A DNA stretch of 64,000 nt from positions 372,001 to 436,000 of the forward strand of contig CAXKVF010000072.1 of the NCBI GenBank assembly GCA_964057225.1, written 5' to 3'. The position numbers and the translations under genes were made by a program. This document shows, one piece after another, positions 52,113 through 64,000 of this stretch; position 1 is the stretch's first letter; each line of letters opens with the position of its first letter. Source of the DNA: Auanema rhodensis (lineage: Eukaryota; Animalia; Nematoda). The notes under the pieces were generated by a model, which worked only from the letters and a program-made list of their open reading frames with translations, was not told the origin of the DNA and ran no database searches.

Positions 52113-54752
52113 GCATAAATTAAAGTTCACGTAAATTTCAAAGTCATGGTTACCATGCACCAATATCAATAAAAATTTGTTTTTAGACTAATATGGACAT
52201 GGGGAATCTAATTTTGAAAACCGCATCTCTTCATCTTTCACGTGAAGCGAGTTACATACCAAGTGCACATCACGTGTACATTTAATTAGCATAAATTAAA
52301 GTTCACGTAAATTTCAAAGTCGTGGTTACCATGCACCAATATCAATAAAAATTTGTTTTTAGACTAATATGGACATGGGGAATCTAATTTTGAAAACCGC
52401 ATCTCTTTATCTTCCACGTTAAGCGAGTTACATACCAAGTGCACATCACGTGTACATTTAATTAGCATAAATTAAAGTTCACGTAAATTTCAAAGTCATG
52501 GTTACCATGCACCAGTATCAATAAAAATTTGTTTTTAGACTAATATGGACATGGGGAATCTAATTTTGAAAACCGCATCTCTTTATCTTTCACGTGAAGC
52601 GAGTTACATACCAAGTGCACATCACGTGTACATTTAATTAGCATAAATTAAAGTTCACGTAAATTTCAAAGTCATGGTTACCATGCACCAATATCAATAA
52701 AAATTCGTTTTTAGACTAATATGGACATGGGGAATCTAATTTTGAAAACCGCATCTCTTTATCTTTCACGTGAAGCGAGTTACATACCAAGTGCACATCA
52801 CGTGTACATTTAATTAGCATAAATTAAAGTTCACGTAAATTTCAAAGTCATGGTTACCATGAACCAATATCAATAAAAATTTGTTTTTAGACTAATATGG
52901 ACATGGGGAATCTAAGTTTGAAAACCGCATCTCTTTATCTTTCACGTGAAGCGAGTTACATACCAAGTGCACATCACGTGTACATTTAATTAGCATAAAT
53001 TAAAGTTCACGTAAATTTCAAAGTCATGGTTACCATGAACCAATATCAATAACAATTTGTTTTTAGACTAATATGGACATGGGGAATCTAAGTTTGAAAA
53101 CCGCATCTCTTTATCTTTCACGTGAAGCGAGTTACATACCAAGTGCACATCACGTGTACATTTAATTAGCATAAATTAAAGTTCACGTAAATTTCAAAGT
53201 CATGGTTACCATGCACCAATATCAATAAAAATTTGTTTTTAGACTAATATGGACATGGGGAATCTAATTTTGAAAATCGCATCTCTTTATCTTTCACGTG
53301 AAGCGAGTTACATACCAAGTGCACATCACATGTACATTTAATTAGCATAAATTAAAGTTCACGTAAATTTCAAAGTCATGGTTACCATGCACCAATATCA
53401 ATAAAAATTCGTTTTTAGACTAATATGGACATGGGGAATCTAATTTTGAAAACCGCATCTCTTTATCTTTCACGTGAAGCGAGTTACATACCAAGTGCAC
53501 ATCACGTGTACATTTAATTAGCATAAATTAAAGTTCACGTAAATTTCAAAGTCATGGTTACCATGCACCAATATCAATAAAAATTTGTTTTTAGACTAAT
53601 ATGGACATGGGGAATCTAATTTTGAAAACCGCATCTCTTTATCTTTCACGTGAAGCGAGTTACATACCAAGTGCACATCACGTGTACATTTAATTAGCAT
53701 AAATTAAAGTTCACGTAAATTTCAAAGTCATGGTTACCATGAACCAATATCAATAAAAATTTGTTTTTAGACTAATATGGACATGGGGAATCTAAGTTTG
53801 AAAACCGCATCTCTTTATCTTTCACGTGAAGCGAGTTACATACCAAGTGCACATCACGTGTACATTTAATTAGCATAAATTAAAGTTCACGTAAATTTCA
53901 AAGTCATGGTTACCATGAACCAATATCAATAAAAATTTGTTTTTAGACTAATATGGACATGGGGAATCTAAGTTTGAAAACCGCATCTCTTTATCTTTCA
54001 CGTGAAGCGAGTTACATACCAAGTGCACATCACGTGTACATTTAATTAGCATAAATTAAAGTTCACGTAAATTTCAAAGTCATGGTTACCATGCACCAAT
54101 ATCAATAAAAATTTGTTTTTAGACTAATATGGACATGGGGAATCTAATTTTGAAAACCGCATCTCTTTATCTTTCACGTGAAGCGAGTTACATACCAAGT
54201 GCACATCACGTGTACATTTAATTAGCATAAATTAAAGTTCACGTAAATTTCAAAGTCATGGTTACCATGCACCAATATCAATAAAAATTTGTTTTTAGAC
54301 TAATATGGACATGGGGAATCTAATTTTGAAAACCGCATCTCTTTATCTTTCACGTGAAGCGAGTTACATACCAAGTGCACATCACGTGTACATTTAATTA
54401 GCATAAATTAAAGTTCACGTAAATTTCAAAGTCATGGTTACCATGCACCAATATCAATAAAAATTTGTTTTTAGACTAATATGGACATGGGGAATCTAAT
54501 TTTGAAAACCGCATCTCTTTATCTTTCACGTGAAGCGAGTTACATACCAAGTGCACATCACGTGTACATTTAATTAGCATAAATTAAAGTTCACGTAAAT
54601 TTCAAAGTCATGGTTACCATGCACCAATATCAATAAAAATTTGTTTTTAGACTAATATGGACATGGGGAATCTAATTTTGAAAACCGCATCTCTTTATCT
54701 TTCACGTGAAGCGAGTTACATACCAAGTGCACATCACGTGTACATTTAATTA

Positions 54753-54927
54753 GCATAAATTAAAGTTCACGTAAATTTCAAAGTCATGGTTACCATGCAC
54801 CAATATCAATAAAATTTGTTTTTAGACTAATATGGACATGGGGAATCTAATTTTGAAAACCGCATCTCTTTATCTTTCACGTGCAGCGAGTTACATACCA
54901 AGTGCACATCACGTGTACATTTAATTA
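54753..54927 (+). other. 175-bp monomer with a 1-bp deletion in the A5 run
   Basis: CAATAAAATTTG at about 54807-54818 instead of CAATAAAAATTTG. All downstream monomer starts shift by -1 (54928 ... 63904). The same monomer has a private A>C substitution at 54884. Confidence 0.93.
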
Positions 54928-55807
54928 GCATAAATTAAAGTTCACGTAAATTTCAAAGTCATGGTTACCATGCACCAATATCAATAAAAATTTGTTTTTA
55001 GACTAATATGGACATGGGGAATCTAATTTTGAAAACCGCATCTCTTTATCTTTCACGTGAAGCGAGTTACATACCAAGTGCACATCACGTGTACATTTAA
55101 TTAGCATAAATTAAAGTTCACGTAAATTTCAAAGTCATGGTTACCACGCACCAATATCAATAAAAATTTGTTTTTAGACTAATATGGACATGGGGAATCT
55201 AATTTTGAAAACCGCATCTCTTTATCTTTCACGTGAAGCGAGTTACATACCAAGTGCACATCACGTGTACATTTAATTAGCATAAATTAAAGTTCACGTA
55301 AATTTCAAAGTCATGGTTACCATGCACCAATATCAATAAAAATTTGTTTTTAGACTAATATGGACATGGGGAATCTAATTTTGAAAACCGCATCTCTTTA
55401 TCTTTCACGTGAAGCGAGTTACATACCAAGTGCACATCACGTGTACATTTAATTAGCATAAATTAAAGTTCACGTAAATTTCAAAGTCATGGTTACCATG
55501 CACCAATATCAATAAAAATTTGTTTTTAGACTAATATGGACATGGGGAATCTAATTTTGAAAACCGCATCTCTTTATCTTTCACGTGAAGCGAGTTACAT
55601 ACCAAGTGCACATCACGTGTACATTTAATTAGCATAAATTAAAGTTCACGTAAATTTCAAAGTCATGGTTACCATGCACCAATATCAATAAAAATTTGTT
55701 TTTAGACTAATATGGACATGGGGAATCTAATTTTGAAAACCGCATCTCTTTATCTTTCACGTGAAGCGAGTTACATACCAAGTGCACATCACGTGTACAT
55801 TTAATTA

Positions 55808-58271
55808 GCATAAATTAAAGTTCACGTAAATTTCAAAGTCATGGTTACCATGAAGCAATATCAATAAAAATTTGTTTTTAGACTAATATGGACATGGGGA
55901 ATCTAATTTTGAAAACCGCATCTCTTTATCTTTCACGTGAAGCGAGTTACATACCAAGTGCACATCACGTGTACATTTAATTAGCATAAATTAAAGTTCA
56001 CGTAAATTTCAAAGTCATGGTTACCATGCACCAATATCAATAAAAATTTGTTTTTAGACTAATATGGACATGGGGAATCTAATTTTGAAAACCGCATCTC
56101 TTTATCTTTCACGTGAAGCGAGTTACATACCAAGTGCACATCACGTGTACATTTAATTAGCATAAATTAAAGTTCACGTAAATTTCAAAGTCATGGTTAC
56201 CATGCACCAATATCAATAAAAATTTGTTTTTAGACTAATATGGACATGGGGAATCTAATTTTGAAAACCGCATCTCTTTATCTTTCACGTGAAGCGAGTT
56301 ACATACCAAGTGCACATCACGTGTACATTTAATTAGCATAAATTAAAGTTCACGTAAATTTCAAAGTCATGGTTACCATGCACCTATATCAATAAAAATT
56401 TGTTTTTAGACTAATATGGACATGGGGAATCTAATTTTGAAAACCGCATCTCTTTATCTTTCACGTGAAGCGAGTTACATACCAAGTGCACATCACGTGT
56501 ACATTTAATTAGCATAAATTAAAGTTCACGTAAATTTCAAAGTCATGGTTACCATGCACCAATATCAATAAAAATTTGTTTTTAGACTAATATGGACATG
56601 GGGAATCTAATTTTGAAAACCGCATCTCTTTATCTTTCACGTGAAGCGAGTTACATACCAAGTGCACATCACGTGTACATTTAATTAGCATAAATTAAAG
56701 TTCACGTAAATTTCAAAGTCATGGTTACCATGCACCAATATCAATAAAAATTTGTTTTTAGACTAATATGGACATGGGGAATCTAATTTTGAAAACCGCA
56801 TCTCTTTATCTTTCACGTGAAGCGAGTTACATACCAAGTGCACATCACGTGTACATTTAATTAGCATAAATTAAAGTTCACGTAAATTTCAAAGTCATGG
56901 TTACCATGCACCAATATCAATAAAAATTTGTTTTTAGACTAATATGGACATGGGGAATCTAATTTTGAAAACCGCATCTCTTTATCTTTCACGTGAAGCG
57001 AGTTACATACCAAGTGCACATCACGTGTACATTTAATTAGCATAAATTAAAGTTCACGTAAATTTCAAAGTCATGGTTACCATGCACCAATATCAATAAA
57101 AATTGGTTTTTAGACTAATATGGACATGGGGAATCTAATTTTGAAAACCGCATCTCTTTATCTTTCACGTGAAGCAAGTTACATACCAAGTGCACATCAC
57201 GTGTACATTTAATTAGCATAAATTAAAGTTCACGTAAATTTCAAAGTCATGGTTACCATGAAGCAATATCAATAAAAATTTGTTTTTAGACTAATATGGA
57301 CATGGGGAATCTAATTTTGAAAACCGCATCTCTTTATCTTTCACGTGAAGCGAGTTACATACCAAGTGCACATCACGTGTACATTTAATTAGCATAAATT
57401 AAAGTTCACGTAAATTTCAAAGTCATGGTTACCATGCACCAATATCAATAAAAATTTGTTTTTAGACTAATATGGACATGGGGAATCTAATTTTGAAAAC
57501 CGCATCTCTTTATCTTTCACGTGAAGCGAGTTACATACCAAGTGCACATCACGTGTACATTTAATTAGCATAAATTAAAGTTCACGTAAATTTCAAAGTC
57601 ATGGTTACCATGCACCAATATCAATAAAAATTTGTTTTTAGACTAATATGGACATGGGGAATCTAATTTTGAAAACCGCATCTCTTTATCTTTCACGTGA
57701 AGCGAGTTACATACCAAGTGCACATCACGTGTACATTTAATTAGCATAAATTAAAGTTCACGTAAATTTCAAAGTCATGGTTACCATGCACCTATATCAA
57801 TAAAAATTTGTTTTTAGACTAATATGGACATGGGGAATCTAATTTTGAAAACCGCATCTCTTTATCTTTCACGTGAAGCGAGTTACATACCAAGTGCACA
57901 TCACGTGTACATTTAATTAGCATAAATTAAAGTTCACGTAAATTTCAAAGTCATGGTTACCATGCACCAATATCAATAAAAATTTGTTTTTAGACTAATA
58001 TGGACATGGGGAATCTAATTTTGAAAACCGCATCTCTTTATCTTTCACGTGAAGCGAGTTACATACCAAGTGCACATCACGTGTACATTTAATTAGCATA
58101 AATTAAAGTTCACGTAAATTTCAAAGTCATGGTTACCATGCACCAATATCAATAAAAATTTGTTTTTAGACTAATATGGACATGGGGAATCTAATTTTGA
58201 AAACCGCATCTCTTTATCTTTCACGTGAAGCGAGTTACATACCAAGTGCACATCACGTGTACATTTAATTA
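55808..58271 (+). repeat. Partial duplication with 8-monomer offset (55808-56863 and 57216-58271)
   Basis: C46A+C48G monomer at 55808 and 57216; A50T monomer at 56336 and 57744. The other monomers are consensus, so support rests on two markers. Confidence 0.7.
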
Positions 58272-61200
58272 GCATAAATTAAAGTTCACGTAAATTTCAA
58301 AGTCATGGTTACCATGCACCAATATCAATAAAAATTTGTTTTTAGACTAATATGGACATGGGGAATCTAATTTTGAAAACCGCATCTCTTTATCTTTCAC
58401 GTGAAACGAGTTACATACCAAGTGCACATCACGTGTACATTTAATTAGCATAAATTAAAGTTCACGTAAATTTCAAAGTCATGGTTACCATGCACCAATA
58501 TCAATAAAAATTTGTTTTTAGACTAATATGGACATGGGGAATCTAATTTTGAAAACCGCATCTCTTTATCTTTCACGTGAAGCGAGTTACATACCAAGTG
58601 CACATCACGTGTACATTTAATTAGCATAAATTAAAGTTCACGTAATTTTCAAAGTCATGGTTACCATGCACCAATATCAATAAAAATTTGTTTTTAGACT
58701 AATATGGACATGGGGAATCTAATTTTGAAAACCGCATCTCTTTATCTTTCACGTGAAGCGAGTTACATACCAAGTGCACATCACGTGTACATTTAATTAG
58801 CATAAATTAAAGTTCACGTAAATTTCAAAGTCATGGTTACCATGCACCAATATCAATAAAAATTTGTTTTTAGACTAATATGGACATGGGGAATCTAATT
58901 TTGAAAACCGCATCTCTTTATCTTTCACGTGAAGCGAGTTACATACCAAGTGCACATCACGTGTACATTTAATTAGCATAAATTAAAGTACACGTAAATT
59001 TCAAAGTCATGGTTACCATGCACCAATATCAATAAAAATTTGTTTTTAGACTAATATGGACATGGGGAATCTAATTTTGAAAACCGCATCTCTTTATCTT
59101 TCACGTGAAGCGAGTTACATACCAAGTGCACATCACGTGTACATTTAATTAGCATAAATTAAAGTTCACGTAAATTTCAAAGTCATGGTTACCATGCACC
59201 AATATCAATAAAAATTTGTTTTTAGACTAATATGGACATGAGGAATCTAATTTTGAAAACCGCATCTCTTTATCTTTCACGTGAAGCGAGTTACATACCA
59301 AGTGCACATCACGTGTACATTTAATTAGCATAAATTAAAGTTCACGTAAATTTCAAAGTCATGGTTACCATGCACCAATATCAATAAAAATTTGTTTATA
59401 GACTAATATGGACATGAGGAATCTAATTTCGAAAACCGCATCTCTTTATCTTTCACGTGAAGCGAGTTACATACCAAGTGCACATCACGTGTACATTTAA
59501 TTAGCATAAATTAAAGTTCACGTAAATTTCAAAGTCGTGGTTACCATGCACCAATATCAATAAAAATTCGTTTTTAGACTAATATGGACATGGGGAATCT
59601 AATTTTGAAAACCGCATCTCTTTATCTTTCACGTGAAGCGAGTTACATACCAAGTGCACATCACGTGTACATTTAATTAGCATAAATTAAAGTTCACGTA
59701 AATTTCAAAGTCATGGTTACCATGCACCAATATCAATAAAAATTTGTTTTTAGACTAATATGGACATGGGGAATCTAATTTTGAAAACCGCATCTCTTTA
59801 TCTTTCACGTGAAGCGAGTTACATACCAAGTGCACATCACGTGTACATTTAATTAGCATAAATTAAAGTTCACGTAAATTTCAAAGTCGTGGTTACCATG
59901 CACCAATATCAATAAAAATTTGTTTTTAGACTAATATGGACATGGGGAATCTAATTTTGAAAACCGCATCTCTTTATCTTCCACGTTAAGCGAGTTACAT
60001 ACCAAGTGCACATCACGTGTACATTTAATTAGCATAAATTAAAGTTCACGTAAATTTCAAAGTCATGGTTACCATGCACCAATATCAATAAAAATTTGTT
60101 TTTAGACTAATATGGACATGGGGAATCTAATTTTGAAAACCGCATCTCTTTATCTTTCACGTGAAACGAGTTACATACCAAGTGCACATCACGTGTACAT
60201 TTAATTAGCATAAATTAAAGTTCACGTAAATTTCAAAGTCATGGTTACCATGCACCAATATCAATAAAAATTTGTTTTTAGACTAATATGGACATGGGGA
60301 ATCTAATTTTGAAAACCGCATCTCTTTATCTTTCACGTGAAGCGAGTTACATACCAAGTGCACATCACGTGTACATTTAATTAGCATAAATTAAAGTTCA
60401 CGTAATTTTCAAAGTCATGGTTACCATGCACCAATATCAATAAAAATTTGTTTTTAGACTAATATGGACATGGGGAATCTAATTTTGAAAACCGCATCTC
60501 TTTATCTTTCACGTGAAGCGAGTTACATACCAAGTGCACATCACGTGTACATTTAATTAGCATAAATTAAAGTTCACGTAAATTTCAAAGTCATGGTTAC
60601 CATGCACCAATATCAATAAAAATTTGTTTTTAGACTAATATGGACATGGGGAATCTAATTTTGAAAACCGCATCTCTTTATCTTTCACGTGAAGCGAGTT
60701 ACATACCAAGTGCACATCACGTGTACATTTAATTAGCATAAATTAAAGTACACGTAAATTTCAAAGTCATGGTTACCATGCACCAATATCAATAAAAATT
60801 TGTTTTTAGACTAATATGGACATGGGGAATCTAATTTTGAAAACCGCATCTCTTTATCTTTCACGTGAAGCGAGTTACATACCAAGTGCACATCACGTGT
60901 ACATTTAATTAGCATAAATTAAAGTTCACGTAAATTTCAAAGTCATGGTTACCATGCACCAATATCAATAAAAATTTGTTTTTAGACTAATATGGACATG
61001 AGGAATCTAATTTTGAAAACCGCATCTCTTTATCTTTCACGTGAAGCGAGTTACATACCAAGTGCACATCACGTGTACATTTAATTAGCATAAATTAAAG
61101 TTCACGTAAATTTCAAAGTCATGGTTACCATGCACCAATATCAATAAAAATTTGTTTATAGACTAATATGGACATGAGGAATCTAATTTCGAAAACCGCA

Positions 61201-61791
61201 TCTCTTTATCTTTCACGTGAAGCGAGTTACATACCAAGTGCACATCACGTGTACATTTAATTAGCATAAATTAAAGTTCACGTAAATTTCAAAGTCGTGG
61301 TTACCATGCACCAATATCAATAAAAATTCGTTTTTAGACTAATATGGACATGGGGAATCTAATTTTGAAAACCGCATCTCTTTATCTTTCACGTGAAGCG
61401 AGTTACATACCAAGTGCACATCACGTGTACATTTAATTAGCATAAATTAAAGTTCACGTAAATTTCAAAGTCATGATTACCATGCACCAATATCAAAAAA
61501 AATTTGTTTTTAGACTAATATGGACATGGGGAATCTAATTTTGAAAACCGCATCTCTTTATCTTTCACGTGAAGCGAGTTACATACCAAGTGCACATCAC
61601 GTGTACATTTAATTAGCATAAATTAAAGTTCACGTAAATTTCAAAGTCGTGGTTACCATGCACCAATATCAATAAAAATTTGTTTTTAGACTAATATGGA
61701 CATGGGGAATCTAATTTTGAAAACCGCATCTCTTTATCTTCCACGTTAAGCGAGTTACATACCAAGTGCACATCACGTGTACATTTAATTA
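58272..61791 (+). repeat. Tandem 10-mer higher-order duplication (2 x 1760 bp: 58272-60031, 60032-61791)
   Basis: Variants recur at +1760: G135A, A23T, T15A, G90A, T71A+G90A+T103C, A34G+T66C, A34G+T126C+G132T. The second copy has two private changes in the monomer at 61440. Confidence 0.92.
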
Positions 61792-61967
61792 GCATAAATT
61801 AAAGTTCACGTAAATTTCAAAGTCATGGTTACCATGCACCAATATCAATAAAAATTTGTTTTTAGACTAATATGGACATGGGGAATCTAATTTTGAAAAC
61901 CGCATCTCTTTATCTTTCAGGTGAAGCGAGTTACATACCAAGTGCACATCACGTGTACATTTAATTA

Positions 61968-63727
61968 GCATAAATTAAAGTTCACGTAAATTTCAAAGTC
62001 ATGGTTACCATGAACCAATATCAATAAAAATTTGTTTTTAGACTAATATGGACATGGGGAATCTAATTTTGAAAACCGCATCTCTTTATCTTTCACGTGA
62101 AGCGAGTTACATACCAAGTGCACATCACGTGTACATTTAATTAGCATAAATTAAAGTTCACGTAAATTTCAAAGTCATGGTTACCATGCACCAATATCAA
62201 TAAAAATTTGTTTTTAGACTAATATGGACATGGGGAATCTAATTTTGAAAACCGCATCTCTTCATCTTTCACGTGAAGCGAGTTACATACCAAGTGCACA
62301 TCACGTGTACATTTAATTAGCATAAATTAAAGTTCACGTAAATTTCAAAGTCATGGTTACCATGCACCAATATCAATAAAAATTTGTTTTTAGACTAATA
62401 TGGACATGGGGAATCTAATTTTGAAAACCGCATCTCTTCATCTTTCACGTGAAGCGAGTTACATACCAAGTGCACATCAAGTGTACATTTAATTAGCATA
62501 AATTAAAGTTCACGTAAATTTCAAAGTCATGGTTACCATGGACCAATATCAATAAAAATTTGTTTTTAGACTAATATGGACATGGGGAATCTAATTTTGA
62601 AAACCGCATCTCTTTATCTTTCACGTGAAGCGAGTTACATACCAAGTGCACATCACGTGTACATTTAATTAGCATAAATTAAAGTTCACGTAAATTTCAA
62701 AGTCATGGTTACCATGCACCAATATCAATAAAAATTTGTTTTTAGACTAATATGGACATGAGGAATCTAATTTTGAAAACCGCATCTCTTTATCTTTCAC
62801 GTGAAGCGAGTTACATACCAAGTGCACATCACGTGTACATTTAATTAGCATAAATTAAAGTTCACGTAAATTTCAAAGTCATGGTTACCATGAACCAATA
62901 TCAATAAAAATTTGTTTTTAGACTAATATGGACATGGGGAATCTAATTTTGAAAACCGCATCTCTTTATCTTTCACGTGAAGCGAGTTACATACCAAGTG
63001 CACATCACGTGTACATTTAATTAGCATAAATTAAAGTTCACGTAAATTTCAAAGTCATGGTTACCATGCACCAATATCAATAAAAATTTGTTTTTAGACT
63101 AATATGGACATGGGGAATCTAATTTTGAAAACCGCATCTCTTCATCTTTCACGTGAAGCGAGTTACATACCAAGTGCACATCACGTGTACATTTAATTAG
63201 CATAAATTAAAGTTCACGTAAATTTCAAAGTCATGGTTACCATGCACCAATATCAATAAAAATTTGTTTTTAGACTAATATGGACATGGGGAATCTAATT
63301 TTGAAAACCGCATCTCTTCATCTTTCACGTGAAGCGAGTTACATACCAAGTGCACATCAAGTGTACATTTAATTAGCATAAATTAAAGTTCACGTAAATT
63401 TCAAAGTCATGGTTACCATGAACCAATATCAATAAAAATTTGTTTTTAGACTAATATGGACATGGGGAATCTAATTTTGAAAACCGCATCTCTTTATCTT
63501 TCACGTGAAGCGAGTTACATACCAAGTGCACATCACGTGTACATTTAATTAGCATAAATTAAAGTTCACGTAAATTTCAAAGTCATGGTTACCATGCACC
63601 AATATCAATAAAAATTTGTTTTTAGACTAATATGGACATGAGGAATCTAATTTTGAAAACCGCATCTCTTTATCTTTCACGTGAAGCGAGTTACATACCA
63701 AGTGCACATCACGTGTACATTTAATTA
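61968..63727 (+). repeat. Tandem 5-mer higher-order duplication (2 x 880 bp: 61968-62847, 62848-63727)
   Basis: The order C46A, T120C, T120C+C161A, C46G/C46A, G90A is repeated at +880. Confidence 0.88.
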
Positions 63728-64000
63728 GCATAAATTAAAGTTCACGTAAATTTCAAAGTCATGGTTACCATGCACCAATATCAATAAAAATTTGTTTTTA
63801 GACTAATATGGACATGAGGAATCTAATTTTGAAAACCGCATCTCTTTATCTTTCACGTGAAGCGAGTTACATACCAAGTGCACATCACGTGTACATTTAA
63901 TTAGCATAAATTAAAGTTCACGTAAATTTCAAAGTCGTGGTTACCATGCACCAATATCAATAAAAATTCGTTTTTAGACTAATATGGACATGGGGAATCT

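Larger units (their letters stand above)
1..64000. repeat. 176-bp tandem satellite DNA array, about 362.5 monomers, single orientation, probably centromeric or pericentromeric
   Basis: GCATAAATTA recurs at 1, 177, 353 ... 881 ... 30977 (=1+176x176) with no net indel. The register shifts by +32 at six monomers between 30977 and 37680 and by -1 in the monomer at 54753. The last monomer starts at 63904. The consensus has 57/176 G+C. The array runs off both window edges. A centromeric role is inferred only from the nucleosome-sized monomer and high homogeneity. Confidence 0.99.

Noticed and set aside
1-64000. CRISPR array or other repeat-spacer system
   Set aside because: There are no unique spacers: the entire 176-bp unit is repeated, and no cas or other genes are present.

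Overview
The whole 64-kb window is one uninterrupted head-to-tail array of an AT-rich (about 32% GC) 176-bp satellite: 362 complete monomers plus a 97-bp partial, all in one orientation. Consensus from position 1: GCATAAATTAAAGTTCACGTAAATTTCAAAGTCATGGTTACCATGCACCAATATCAATAAAAATTTGTTTTTAGACTAATATGGACATGGGGAATCTAATTTTGAAAACCGCATCTCTTTATCTTTCACGTGAAGCGAGTTACATACCAAGTGCACATCACGTGTACATTTAATTA. Monomers differ from it by only 0-4 substitutions. Size, homogeneity and array length fit a eukaryotic centromeric or pericentromeric satellite, but I cannot name the family or organism from the sequence alone. I found no credible genes, RNA genes, CRISPR array or intact mobile element, and no protein-coding 'system'. 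The information lies in the fine structure. A 32-bp T-rich insertion defines six 208-bp variant monomers (31.0-37.7 kb), and there is a single 1-bp deletion near 54.8 kb. Diagnostic SNPs are regionally confined. Recent block duplications of 5, 8, 10, 12, 13 and 28 monomers look like nascent higher-order repeats. The monomer is rich in dyads, E-box/CDEI-like TCACGT motifs and one CENP-B-box-like 17-mer. Variant names such as C46A are positions within the monomer. Variant calls were read by eye and should be confirmed computationally.
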